Shown in pieces: positions 18,361-28,132 of a DNA stretch of 64,000 nt. Position 1 is the stretch's first letter; every line of letters begins with the position of its first letter. This DNA is from an uncultured Gammaproteobacteria bacterium (lineage in GTDB: Bacteria; Patescibacteriota; Patescibacteriia; UBA11705; JABHMO01). The stretch covers positions 60 through 64,059 of the forward strand of contig CAZAKN010000005.1 in assembly GCA_964486065.1 (NCBI GenBank), in the 5' to 3' direction. The notes below the pieces were generated by a model. That model saw nothing but the letters and a program-made list of their open reading frames with translations, searched no databases and had not been told where the DNA came from. A program made the position numbers and the translations under genes.

Positions 18361-20925
18361 ATGGAAAAAAAATTAAAGCTTTCTTCTGAAGAAATTGTGG
18401 AGTCTTCCATTAGTGATAAATTTAAAAGCAGAGAAAATCCCACCGATCAATTTGATCAAAATTTTATTTTGAAGAAAAAACAAGAAAAAGGTGAAGATCT
18501 GGAAAAGAAAGTCAATCAAATGGCAAGTGGATCATATCAAGCGGAGCATGATGAAATGAAAAACGCTGAATTTGTAAACCTGCCGGCTTGTCAAACATTC
18601 ATGGAAAAGTTTTTCAAAGAATCCGATAAAAGAGGGATAGATACTTTAACCGGTTTATATAATCGTTTACAGCTTTTTGACAAAGGAATTGATTTAATTG
18701 AAAGAATTGAATCAGGGAAAGAAAAAGAAAAAAGTATCTCGGTTATCAGTTTGGATATAGATTTTTTTAAAGCATATAATGAAATATCCCATACTTTTGG
18801 TGATTTGGCTTTACAAACAGTGGGTGAAACAATCAATGATTTTAATCAAGAAAAAGGTGGGGGTTTCGGTGTCCGTTTGGGAGGAGAAGAAATTTTTCTT
18901 TTGGTTGAAGGGGGGATGACTTATGATGAAGCTTCCGAACATGCTGAAGAATTGAAAAATCGGGTAAAAGAATCTTTGCAAAAGCTATTTCGTAGCGTGG
19001 ATGAACATCAAGGCGTATCCGATAAAACCGTTAAATTCATGGAAGAAAAAATTCTTACCGAAGATAGAAACCAAAAAAGTTTTAACGAAGAAATGGCGGA
19101 AAAGCCTCACTATCAAAAATTCAAAAACGAATTGGTAGCTTTGATGGAGAATGAGAAATACTTAGGCCAAGTTCCCGGCTTTAATTTAAAGTCGTCTCCG
19201 GCGGAATTGGTTTTTTCAGTTAATCAGGCAATTGAAAGCGTGGAAAATCCGGAAGTGAAAAAAAATTTACAAAATATCAAAGATATACTGCAAATTGAAT
19301 TGGGCACGGTAACCGTGGGAATGGCTTATGTGGAGTTTCCCGAAGAAGCCGAATTATTGCCCGAACAAGAGAGACAAGAATACTTGGATCAATTAAATAA
19401 AATTTTGGAAAATTATCCGGATGTTTATAATTTGATAGTCGTAAAAACAAAAGACGCTTCAGTTAATGATTTTTCAAAAAGTGTTTATAAGCTTATAAAA
19501 GATATTTCTGAAGATATAGTAAAGGAAAAAGCGGTTGATTACATCAGAAAAATCAATTTTGCCAGATTCGGCACGATCGTGGATCAAGCCAATAAGCTTG
19601 AAGAAGATCAGAAAAAACAAAAACGAAATTCCGTATCGGCAAAGAAGTTTCATTTTGAACAATTGAAGTCGCGAGAAATAACGGATGAAAATATCGTGGA
19701 AAGCTATGAAGATGTTTTGGATAAGGTCCAAACACTATTGGCGCAAAGATTACAAACGGCAAAACAAAAGCAAGAACCGCTATTTAATGATAACTTGGCG
19801 GATAGTTTTTTGTCGGGATTGGAAGAGGGAGGAAAAAAATTTAGAGATGATTTTTATGAAGAATTGATAATTTTGCAAAAAGATAAATATATTGAACCTT
19901 TGACTTTGGCTAAAAATTATAATTATTTGGCACAAGTAGTCCCGGAAGAAATGGAAAAAGTCAGACAAGAAAAGCATGATTACGCCATGGTTTCTTTTGA
20001 TGTTGATAATTTAAAAGCGGTTAATGATACTTGGGGGCATAAATTGGGAGATGTGGTGTTGATGAATATCAGCGGGGTCATGCAGGAAGAAATGGAAAAA
20101 TTATTAAATCCTTCTGAAGGACAAGATGATCCTTATAACGGTTTGGGAGAAAAAATAAAAAAAACGGGGATTGAACCGTCTGTGATTCGCGCGACCGGAG
20201 GAGAAGAATTTGTGGCTACTTTTCCCGGTTTGTCCGGATCCGAGTCACGCTTTGTTTTCCAACAAATGAACGAGAAATTAAAAAAAGAAATTTTGAAAAT
20301 CGTGGATCAGCCCGCGGAAACAGCTTCTTTGACTGGTTCGGAAAAAGATAAAGGTATAGAAGGGAAAAAATATCAAACTTATAAAGAAGGGATACAAGAA
20401 TTTATCGCCGGTTTAGATCTAACTTTGGCGGATGGTGAAACCAAGGTGAAAAGAAGCCAAGAAGAAATGACTCAATTCGGTTCGGTTACCGCCGGGATCG
20501 TGGCGCTAAGCGACTTACACGAATTGAGCGATGAAGGTCATATTGAAGAAAGGAATTATTTGCGTGAAGACGGGAAAATTAACGCCGGTAAGATCAGACA
20601 ATTGGCTGATAATATAGGCGAAGAAGCTAAAAAAGATATTCATTACAAAACAGAAATTAATGAAAAGGGAGAGCGTGTTTTGGTAGGAGATTCCGGGCGT
20701 GGCACGGTGGAGGGAGTTGATTATTTTATGAAACAATCCTCTTTGCGGGCTTTGGAACAAAAAGTCAAAGAATTGGGACATGAAAACAAAATTTTGCTTT
20801 CGGAAAAAGAAAAATTAAGTGAAGAATTGCGAAAATTGCGAGCGCTTTTGAAAAACAGACAATATGAGGAAAAGCATGAAGAACAATTACAAAATATTCG
20901 CGGTAGAATAAAAGAAATCGGATAA
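18361..20925 (+). CDS. Tandem GGDEF-domain protein (putative diguanylate cyclase) with C-terminal coiled coil
   Basis: GGDEF domain 1 has LTGLYNR ... DIDFFKAYNE..FGD ... RLGGEEIF (variant GGEEI). GGDEF domain 2 has FDVDNLKAVNDTWGHKLGD ... RATGGEEFVATF (intact GGEEF). The C-terminus is a heptad-rich coiled coil. Confidence 0.7.
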   Translation: MEKKLKLSSEEIVESSISDKFKSRENPTDQFDQNFILKKKQEKGEDLEKKVNQMASGSYQAEHDEMKNAEFVNLPACQTFMEKFFKESDKRGIDTLTGLYNRLQLFDKGIDLIERIESGKEKEKSISVISLDIDFFKAYNEISHTFGDLALQTVGETINDFNQEKGGGFGVRLGGEEIFLLVEGGMTYDEASEHAEELKNRVKESLQKLFRSVDEHQGVSDKTVKFMEEKILTEDRNQKSFNEEMAEKPHYQKFKNELVALMENEKYLGQVPGFNLKSSPAELVFSVNQAIESVENPEVKKNLQNIKDILQIELGTVTVGMAYVEFPEEAELLPEQERQEYLDQLNKILENYPDVYNLIVVKTKDASVNDFSKSVYKLIKDISEDIVKEKAVDYIRKINFARFGTIVDQANKLEEDQKKQKRNSVSAKKFHFEQLKSREITDENIVESYEDVLDKVQTLLAQRLQTAKQKQEPLFNDNLADSFLSGLEEGGKKFRDDFYEELIILQKDKYIEPLTLAKNYNYLAQVVPEEMEKVRQEKHDYAMVSFDVDNLKAVNDTWGHKLGDVVLMNISGVMQEEMEKLLNPSEGQDDPYNGLGEKIKKTGIEPSVIRATGGEEFVATFPGLSGSESRFVFQQMNEKLKKEILKIVDQPAETASLTGSEKDKGIEGKKYQTYKEGIQEFIAGLDLTLADGETKVKRSQEEMTQFGSVTAGIVALSDLHELSDEGHIEERNYLREDGKINAGKIRQLADNIGEEAKKDIHYKTEINEKGERVLVGDSGRGTVEGVDYFMKQSSLRALEQKVKELGHENKILLSEKEKLSEELRKLRALLKNRQYEEKHEEQLQNIRGRIKEIG

Positions 20926-20927
20926 TT

Positions 20928-21284
20928 ATGTTAAAAAGAATCAATCGCATTGGCAAGCAAAAAGACTTTGATCAATTTTTCGGTCAAAGCTTTAAAAAAC
21001 ATCGCGGACGCAATGCATCTTCGCGTTTTGCCATTTTGAAAACATATTTGAACGGACGGGATTATCCTCGTGTCACTTTCATTATTTCCAATAAAATTGA
21101 TAAAAGAGCCACAGCCAGAAACGCTATGAAAAGACAGTTTCGAGAAATCGTGCGAAAAAATTTGCCCGATATTAAAGAAAATTGTGATATGCTGTTTATA
21201 GCCAAGCCAGCCGCGAAAACCGCTTCTGTTCAAGCATTGCGCGATGATTTGCTCGGGTTGATGAAAAAAGCGGGAATTATATGA
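20928..21284 (+). CDS. rnpA: Ribonuclease P protein component
   Basis: 118 aa, basic, matching the RnpA pattern. In the conserved rpmH-rnpA-yidD gene order. Confidence 0.8.
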   Translation: MLKRINRIGKQKDFDQFFGQSFKKHRGRNASSRFAILKTYLNGRDYPRVTFIISNKIDKRATARNAMKRQFREIVRKNLPDIKENCDMLFIAKPAAKTASVQALRDDLLGLMKKAGII

Positions 21285-21544
21285 TTTTGAAAACTGTACA
21301 AAATTATACGGCTTTGATTGCCATGAAAGTGATTCGTCTTTATCAAAAACATTTATCATTTGATCATAGTCCACTCGGGAAAATATTTTTTCCGCACGGA
21401 TATTGTCGTTATAATCCCAGTTGTTCGGAGTATACATATCAAGCCATAAAAAAATACGGATTTTTTAAGGGAGCGACAATGGGAGTTTGGCGTATATTGC
21501 GTTGCAATCCATGGAGTAAAGGAGGTAATGATCCGGTCAAATAA
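21281..21544 (+). CDS. yidD: Membrane protein insertion efficiency factor YidD
   Basis: YidD/haemolytic-domain signature with conserved Cys pairs ([18 protein letters not shown]). Overlaps the rnpA stop (translational coupling). Confidence 0.8.
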   Translation: MILKTVQNYTALIAMKVIRLYQKHLSFDHSPLGKIFFPHGYCRYNPSCSEYTYQAIKKYGFFKGATMGVWRILRCNPWSKGGNDPVK

Positions 21545-21635
21545 TTATTGATAGGAAGCCGGCATGAGCCGGTTTTTGAATTGAAAAAATGCCTTGATTA
21601 TGTTAAACTTTAACTAAATTTGGCAAAAGTAAAAT

Positions 21636-23057
21636 ATGTCGCTTTTAAGGAAAATAGCTCATAATTCAATTATTCATTTGGCGGGAAAATTCGCTGTACT
21701 TTTGATCGGTCTCATGGCCGTTTTTATGATTACCAGATATTTGGGGCAAGAAGGGTTCGGCGCGTATACTACGGTTTTTGCATATTTGTTGTTTTTATCA
21801 ACTTTGGTTGATTTTGGTTTGACCATGGCCACCGTGCAATTGATTTCCAGACCCAGAGTTGACGAAAGTCGCATGATGAACAATATTATGAGTTTTCGCG
21901 TTTTACTGTCCGGAATATACATGATTTTGGCTTGTTCATTAATTTGGGTTTTACCTTATGGCAGGGAAGTTCAATGGGGAGCGGTGATTATGAGTTTTTC
22001 TTTTTTTGCCGTGACCATTCGCCAAGCTTTGACGGGAATTTTCCAAAAACATTTGCAAATGATCAAGATTACTATCGCCGAAGTTGCCGGTAAAGTCGTT
22101 ATGCTTGGTTTGGTGGCGCTTATCATTTATTTTGAAAAAAGCATTTATCATATTTTCGCGGTTTTTTCTTTGGAAGGTTTGGTAACGATTATTTTGGCTT
22201 TTTATTTTGCCGGTGAATTCGTGGATTGGCGTTGGCGTTTGGAGCCGGAAGTTTGGAAACAAATAATAAAGAAATCATGGCCCATCGCTCTGGCGATTTC
22301 TTTTAATTTGATTTATTTGAAAATGGACACTTTGATTTTATCTTTGTATCACGATAAGTCGACGGTGGGATTGTACGGAGCAACTTATCGGGTGATTGAT
22401 GTTTTAACCATGTTACCAGCGGTTTTTATGGGAGTGGTTTTGCCGCAAATTACAAAATTTTTTGAAGCCGGAAAAAAAAGGAATTTGTTTGATCTTATGC
22501 AAAAAGCCTTTGACGCATTAATGATTTTCGGCATCCCGACCGTGGTCGGAGGTTTGATAGTGGCCAATCCGCTAATGGTTTTCGTGGCGGGACAAGAGTT
22601 TTATTTATCAGGTGATATTTTACGAGTTTTATTACTCGCTTCAGCCGGGATTTTCGGAACCAGTTTGTTCGGTTATGCCGTGGTCGGGATTGATAAACAG
22701 CGTCGGATGGTTTGGGGTTATGCTATTACGGCAGTGATCACTTTGGTCGGTTATTTGTATTTTATTCCTCGCTTCGGCTATTGGGGCGCTGCTTGGATGA
22801 CGGTTTTTTCCGAAACTATGATTGTGATTTGGAGTGCAATTTTGGTTTATGTTTCAATTCGTTTTTTCCCGTCATTAAAGATTTTCGTTAAAGCCGTGCC
22901 GGCGGCTGCGATTATGGGATTTGTCGCTTGGCGGATTATTGATTGGCCGGTGGTGGCTATTTTGTGTGTTTCAGTGGTTATATATTTTTCGTTTTTATAC
23001 TTATTCGGAGGGATAAGAAAGGAAATCTTGAGACAGCTTGTGAGTCTCAAGGATTAA
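21636..23057 (+). CDS. Polysaccharide biosynthesis flippase (MOP-superfamily Wzx/MurJ-like, Polysacc_synt family)
   Basis: 473 aa with about 12-14 TM helices. The architecture and conserved Arg/Asp positions are typical of O-unit flippases. Confidence 0.65.
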   Translation: MSLLRKIAHNSIIHLAGKFAVLLIGLMAVFMITRYLGQEGFGAYTTVFAYLLFLSTLVDFGLTMATVQLISRPRVDESRMMNNIMSFRVLLSGIYMILACSLIWVLPYGREVQWGAVIMSFSFFAVTIRQALTGIFQKHLQMIKITIAEVAGKVVMLGLVALIIYFEKSIYHIFAVFSLEGLVTIILAFYFAGEFVDWRWRLEPEVWKQIIKKSWPIALAISFNLIYLKMDTLILSLYHDKSTVGLYGATYRVIDVLTMLPAVFMGVVLPQITKFFEAGKKRNLFDLMQKAFDALMIFGIPTVVGGLIVANPLMVFVAGQEFYLSGDILRVLLLASAGIFGTSLFGYAVVGIDKQRRMVWGYAITAVITLVGYLYFIPRFGYWGAAWMTVFSETMIVIWSAILVYVSIRFFPSLKIFVKAVPAAAIMGFVAWRIIDWPVVAILCVSVVIYFSFLYLFGGIRKEILRQLVSLKD

Positions 23058-23058
23058 T

Positions 23059-24222
23059 TTGTTTATGTTGCCGAAAAGCAAAATATTGATTACCAAGTTT
23101 CCCTTGTATTCCAGTTTGGGTGGTGTGGAAAAACATACTTTCCAATTGGTTGATGCGCTTAAGGATCAAGGTTGTCAATTTGGACTTTTGTCTTCTTGCC
23201 ATGTGATGTTGTCTGAATTTAAAAAGCGCGGATGGTGGGCGAAAAGATGGTGGCTCGGTTTGGCGCCGGTCAATAAGTGGACCAAGTTTTTGTTTTTTTT
23301 AGGCATGCCGTTTTTTACCATAAGTTCTTTTTTCATGCTTTGGTATTTGAAAAGAAAATATGGTTTCAATAAACTTTATTGTCTTAGCATTACTGAAAAA
23401 TTAATTATGACGCCTCTGGCGTGTTTGTTCGGATATAAGGTTTTCTGGCTGGAACATTTATCAGTTGATCCGGTGATTACGGCCAATATTTACAGTCCGA
23501 TTTATCGCGCTTGGGCCAAGCTCAAATGCGTGGAGCTTATCGCGATTTCCAATTTTGTAAAATGGGAATTGGCCAATATCGGGATTTATAAAACTAAAGT
23601 GATTTATCATGGTATTGATGCCGGACTTTTCAAAAAACAAGAAAATATTTTTTCCAGCATGGCCAACCGCAGGTTTCAATTTGATAAAAAATCCACTTTT
23701 CGCGTGGGTACGGTTAGTCGTTTGGAAAAAATCAAAGGCTTGGAATATTTGATTCGCGCCATGGCGCATTTAAAAGAAAATGAGGCCAATATTGATTTGG
23801 TTATCGTGGGAGAAGGTTCCGAGCGACAAAAATTACAATGGCTTATTGATCAGCTGGATTTGAGGCGAGAAGTTAAGTTGGTCGGCTATCAAGACAATTT
23901 TTTGGATTGGATTTATGATTTTGATATTTTTGTTTTACCTTCAATAAAAGAATCATTGGGAATTGTGCTTTTGGAAGCCATGGCTTGCGGTAAACCGGTG
24001 GTGGCCACCAATGTCGGTGGTGTTCCGGAAATAGTGGAACATGGAAAAGATGGAATCCTGGTACAGGTCGCCAGTCCCGCGACTTTGGCTGAGGGGATTG
24101 AAGAGTTAAAAAATAATAAGGATAAATGGCGCGATCTTGTTTCCGCTGGTCGTAAAACCGTTGAGCAGAAGTTTACTTTTGATAAAATGATCGCCGAATA
24201 TAAAAAAGAATTGATTTCTTAA
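23059..24222 (+). CDS. GT4-family glycosyltransferase
   Basis: C-terminal Glycos_transf_1 signature EAMACGKPVVATNVGGVPEIVEHGKDGILV. Confidence 0.8.
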   Translation: MFMLPKSKILITKFPLYSSLGGVEKHTFQLVDALKDQGCQFGLLSSCHVMLSEFKKRGWWAKRWWLGLAPVNKWTKFLFFLGMPFFTISSFFMLWYLKRKYGFNKLYCLSITEKLIMTPLACLFGYKVFWLEHLSVDPVITANIYSPIYRAWAKLKCVELIAISNFVKWELANIGIYKTKVIYHGIDAGLFKKQENIFSSMANRRFQFDKKSTFRVGTVSRLEKIKGLEYLIRAMAHLKENEANIDLVIVGEGSERQKLQWLIDQLDLRREVKLVGYQDNFLDWIYDFDIFVLPSIKESLGIVLLEAMACGKPVVATNVGGVPEIVEHGKDGILVQVASPATLAEGIEELKNNKDKWRDLVSAGRKTVEQKFTFDKMIAEYKKELIS

Positions 24223-24223
24223 C

Positions 24224-25579
24224 ATGAATATTTTACTTGTTTTATTTTCTTTTACTTACGCGCTTCTTGCTTGGCGCAAAATGAATTGGGCATTGGTTAT
24301 TTTAATAGCTTTTTTGCCGACATATTTGATCAGGTTTCAGGTTTTCGGTGTGCCCATGACTTTTTTGGAACTGATGATTTTGGTAGTTTTTTCGGTTTGG
24401 TTGTGTAAAAGCATAATAAATAAAGAATGGAAACAAATTATTTACAGTCAATATAAATGGCTGATAGTTTTTTTTGTTTTATCCGCCGTGGCGGGAGTTT
24501 ACGCTTCGCCCGATAAGCTGGCCGCATTGGGTATTTTCAAAGCTTATTTCGTGGAGCCGGTATTGTTGTTCATTGTCGTAATCAATCAAATAAAGAACCA
24601 AAATAATTTTTTCAATTTAATCAATGGTTTGGGTTGGGGGTCTTTACTGGTGGCGTTGCCGGCGATTATTCAAAAATTTACCGGTTGGGGTATAATCAAT
24701 CCTTTTTGGTTGGCAGAAGAAACCAGGCGGGTTACTTCATGGTATGGTTTTCCGAATGCGATAGGTTTGTTTTTGGGGCCATTGTCAGTTTTGTTTTTCG
24801 GGTTGATTCTTTATTCTTTTTTGGCAAAAATTAATTTTTCCGTTTGGCGAAAATTGTTTTATGCTTTAGTTTTTTTACTTAATTGTTCAGCCATATATTT
24901 TGCTGGTTCGGAAGGTGCTTTGCTCGCGGTGGTAGCTTCTTGTATAATGTTATTGTTTTGTTGGCCACAGCGGAAAATTAAGTTGGTGGCATTGCTGGTG
25001 GTGCTTTTGCTGGGTGGCACATTAAGTTTAAACTCCGATTTGCGTGAAAACTTTCGGGACAAGGTGACTTTGCAAGATTTATCAGGTCAAATCCGTTTGC
25101 AAATGTGGTCGGAAACTTGGCAAATGCTCAATCAAAATAAATTGCTTCAAGGGGCAGGTTTGTCAGGCTATCAAGAGGCGGTCGCGCCATATCATCAAGA
25201 AGGAATTTTTTTCAATAAACACAAGGATCCGGATTTCCATCGTAAAACCGTATTTAACGCCGAATATCGTCAAGAGGTATGGCAACCGGTGGAAATTTAC
25301 ATGTACCCGCATAACATTTTTTTAAATTTTTGGACGGAAATCGGATTGGCGGGATTGTTGGTTTTTGTGTTTATTGTCGGACGATTCTTCTTGTTGTATT
25401 TTAAAATACCCGTGGAGCGTAAAACCATATATTTGATATTATTGGCGATGATGGTGGAAATATTTATCCACGGCTTGGTGGATGTGCCGTATTTTAAAAA
25501 TGATTTAAGTGTTTTATTTTGGTTGTTAATTGCTTTGTCGGTTATTGTCAGCAGAAAAAAATTCGCATTGAAAAAATAA
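24224..25579 (+). CDS. O-antigen ligase/polymerase-like (Wzy_C family) membrane protein
   Basis: Polytopic membrane protein with a Wzy_C-like loop region (YFAGSEGALLAVVAS). Confidence 0.55.
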   Translation: MNILLVLFSFTYALLAWRKMNWALVILIAFLPTYLIRFQVFGVPMTFLELMILVVFSVWLCKSIINKEWKQIIYSQYKWLIVFFVLSAVAGVYASPDKLAALGIFKAYFVEPVLLFIVVINQIKNQNNFFNLINGLGWGSLLVALPAIIQKFTGWGIINPFWLAEETRRVTSWYGFPNAIGLFLGPLSVLFFGLILYSFLAKINFSVWRKLFYALVFLLNCSAIYFAGSEGALLAVVASCIMLLFCWPQRKIKLVALLVVLLLGGTLSLNSDLRENFRDKVTLQDLSGQIRLQMWSETWQMLNQNKLLQGAGLSGYQEAVAPYHQEGIFFNKHKDPDFHRKTVFNAEYRQEVWQPVEIYMYPHNIFLNFWTEIGLAGLLVFVFIVGRFFLLYFKIPVERKTIYLILLAMMVEIFIHGLVDVPYFKNDLSVLFWLLIALSVIVSRKKFALKK

Positions 25580-25594
25580 GAATAATATATCAAT

Positions 25595-26164
25595 ATGAGA
25601 AAAGGTTTAAAATTTTTACTGCACATGGATGCGTGGGCCACTTTGGCGATGGGCATGTTGGGTCCGATTTACGCGATTTTCGTGGAAGAGATCGGGGGAG
25701 ATATTTTGGATGCCAGTTGGGCTTATTTTGCGTTTATGTTGACTACCGGCGTGGCGATGTTTTTCGTGGGGCGTTGGGAAGACAAAGTGAAACACAAGGA
25801 AAAATTGATTACTTTGGGTTACGCTTTGAGCGCTCTTGGTGCGTTGGCCTATTTTTTCGTTAATTCCCAATTTGATTTGGTGATAACGCAAATTATCGTC
25901 GGCTTGTCGGAAGCTGTATTGATTCCCGCTTATGGAGCCATGTATACAGAGTTTATTGACCGAAACAGAGCCGCTTCGGAATGGGCGGATTGGGACGCCA
26001 TGCGTTACTCGGTTACCGCTTTCGCCGCTTTGTTGGGCGGATATTTAGCCAGTAATTTTGGATTTCGCACTTTGTTTTTGTTTATGTTCGTCGCTTCCAT
26101 GATCAGTGTGATTTCCTCACGCACCCTATATGTAAAGAAAAAAGATTTGCGTAGCTTTGATTGA
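25595..26164 (+). CDS. Half-size MFS-like transporter (six TM helices)
   Basis: 189 aa, six predicted TMs, resembling the C-terminal half of an MFS permease. Followed by its own terminator hairpin at 26175-26205. Confidence 0.4.
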   Translation: MRKGLKFLLHMDAWATLAMGMLGPIYAIFVEEIGGDILDASWAYFAFMLTTGVAMFFVGRWEDKVKHKEKLITLGYALSALGALAYFFVNSQFDLVITQIIVGLSEAVLIPAYGAMYTEFIDRNRAASEWADWDAMRYSVTAFAALLGGYLASNFGFRTLFLFMFVASMISVISSRTLYVKKKDLRSFD

Positions 26165-26219
26165 ATTTTAGTTTTTAAGCGGTTCTGACAAGAGCCGCTT
26201 TATATTTTGAAGAATAAAT

Positions 26220-27380
26220 ATGATCAAACAAGTACAAAAATTTTACTTGGCTTCTTTCCTTAAAAACCAAACATATTTCGTACCGATCATGATCGTTTTT
26301 TTCCAGGATTTGGGTCTCAGCTATTCGGAAATTTTTTGGATATATACCATTGGTTCGGGATTTTCATTTTTAATTGAAATTCCCACGGGATTGATAGCGG
26401 ATATTTTCGGAAAAAGAAAAAGCGTGATTGTTTCGCGTTTTTTTATTTTTCTAAGTTTCATGGTTTTCGGTTTTGCTTCGGGCTTTTGGAGTTTGGTTTT
26501 GGCCAATGTTTTGTATGAGTTTGGCAAAAGTTTTCGTTCCGGCACGGAAACCGCTTATGTTTTTGATTGTTTAAAACAAAATAAAGACGCACCCGGTTAT
26601 ACTTATGTTAAAGCAAATCAAAAATTCTATGCCCGACTGTCAGAGGCTATCGCCACGGCTATCGGCGGATTTTTAGCGGTTAATTTCGGTTTTAACTTTG
26701 TTTTTTTCATTGCCTCTGTCCCGGCGCTGGTTAATTTTTTACAAACTTTAACTTGGCGTAAAATCAAGGAAAATGAAGAAAAGTATCAATTTAAACAAAG
26801 CGCGATTTTTGCTTGGAATTCTTTGAAATCCGTTTTTCAAAACAAAATTCTGTCCAAAATAGTATTTAATATTTTGATATTCAGTTCCACTTTGTTTGCC
26901 GCGGACAAATTTATCCAGCCGTACATGCAAGCAGTGGGGATTGAGATCGCGTATTTTGGTTTGATTTATTCGGTTTCATTATTATTGATCGCTTTTTTCA
27001 TTAAATATATTTCAAAATTGGAAGAAAAATTTTCCGGAGAAAAAGTAATGAACTATATCACCGTGATAGCGATTATTCCTTTATTGATTTTGGCTACAGG
27101 TTATCAAGGTGTCCTCGGAGTGGCTCTATTTTTTGCTTTGTTGGTCGCGGAAAATGTTCGTTCTCCCATCGCCAATACGGTTTTCCATGGAAATATTGAT
27201 TCCAAAAATCGTGCTACCATGGGTTCCATTTTGGAGCTGATGAGAACAAGTGGTAAATTGATAGTTTTACCTTTGGCCGGTTATTTTACTGACACCTATT
27301 CCATGAACATAACATTGATGATTTTTGCCGGCTTGGTAATTTTGAACACATTATTTTTTCGCGCGAAAAAAGTCAAATAG
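26220..27380 (+). CDS. MFS transporter
   Basis: 386 aa, 12 TM helices, MFS-type loop motif GKRKSVIVSR between TM2 and TM3. Confidence 0.6.
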   Translation: MIKQVQKFYLASFLKNQTYFVPIMIVFFQDLGLSYSEIFWIYTIGSGFSFLIEIPTGLIADIFGKRKSVIVSRFFIFLSFMVFGFASGFWSLVLANVLYEFGKSFRSGTETAYVFDCLKQNKDAPGYTYVKANQKFYARLSEAIATAIGGFLAVNFGFNFVFFIASVPALVNFLQTLTWRKIKENEEKYQFKQSAIFAWNSLKSVFQNKILSKIVFNILIFSSTLFAADKFIQPYMQAVGIEIAYFGLIYSVSLLLIAFFIKYISKLEEKFSGEKVMNYITVIAIIPLLILATGYQGVLGVALFFALLVAENVRSPIANTVFHGNIDSKNRATMGSILELMRTSGKLIVLPLAGYFTDTYSMNITLMIFAGLVILNTLFFRAKKVK

Positions 27381-27396
27381 ATTATTGCGTCAAATA

Positions 27397-27426
27397 AAAA
27401 AGCGGTTCTTGCAAGAACCGTTTTTA
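27397..27426. terminator. Bidirectional terminator hairpin (gcggttcttg caa gaaccg)
   Basis: Between the convergent MFS gene (+) and cmk (-), with A-run and T-run flanks. Confidence 0.5.
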
Positions 27427-28041
27427 TTATCTGGTGCAGTTGATGACTGCACACATTTTTTCTACCACTTGCTCCAATGTTAAACCTGAAGAATCTATCA
27501 AGATGGCGTCCGTGGCTTGTTTGAGCGGTGAGATTTTTCTGGTTTTGTCCGTGAGGTCTCGCTCGGTCAAAGTTTTTCGCACTTGTTCCAAAGTAATATT
27601 TTGTTTATTTTTTACATCATGAAATCTTCTTTTAGCTCGAGTTTCCGGATCCGCGGTCAGAAAAAACTTAAATTCCGCTTGAGGAAAAATAACAGTGCCT
27701 ATATCGCGACCTTCCATGACAATATTTTGTTTATTAGCGATTTGTTTTTGCGCGCGTTCCACCACTTGGCGCAGTTCGGGAATCATACTGTAGTCTGCCA
27801 CGGCTTGATTTACTTGTTTACTGAATAATCCTGTTTGCGGAATGTTTTCAAAATCAACGGTTTTGGCTAAGGCGACGGCTTGTGAAACATCTTCCGGTTT
27901 TACTTTGTTTTGCAAACACAAATAAGCGATACGACGATAAAAATTGCCGGTATTAACATGAACAAAATTCAGTTTTTCGGCTAATTTGGCGGCGGTACTG
28001 CTTTTGCCCGCGGCCGAAGGACCGTCAATGGCGACTATCAT
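27427..28041 (-). CDS. cmk: Cytidylate kinase
   Basis: MIVAIDGPSAAGKSSTAAKLAEKL P-loop and a CMP-binding NMP domain. Full-length collinearity with Cmk. Confidence 0.9.
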   Translation of the reverse strand: MIVAIDGPSAAGKSSTAAKLAEKLNFVHVNTGNFYRRIAYLCLQNKVKPEDVSQAVALAKTVDFENIPQTGLFSKQVNQAVADYSMIPELRQVVERAQKQIANKQNIVMEGRDIGTVIFPQAEFKFFLTADPETRAKRRFHDVKNKQNITLEQVRKTLTERDLTDKTRKISPLKQATDAILIDSSGLTLEQVVEKMCAVINCTR

Positions 28042-28132
28042 GATAAGGAGTTATTTCAGGGCTATTTTAACAAATTTTGCACTTAACGACAAACATTGGG
28101 TAATTTTGAAATTTAGTGTAAGATAATAATGT

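Noticed and set aside
26175-27426. Similar hairpins sharing the gcggttct core at 26175-26205 and 27397-27426, considered as a repeated mobile or REP-like element
   Set aside because: There are only two copies, each positioned exactly at a gene 3' end with flanking A/T runs. They behave as ordinary intrinsic terminators that happen to share a GC core.
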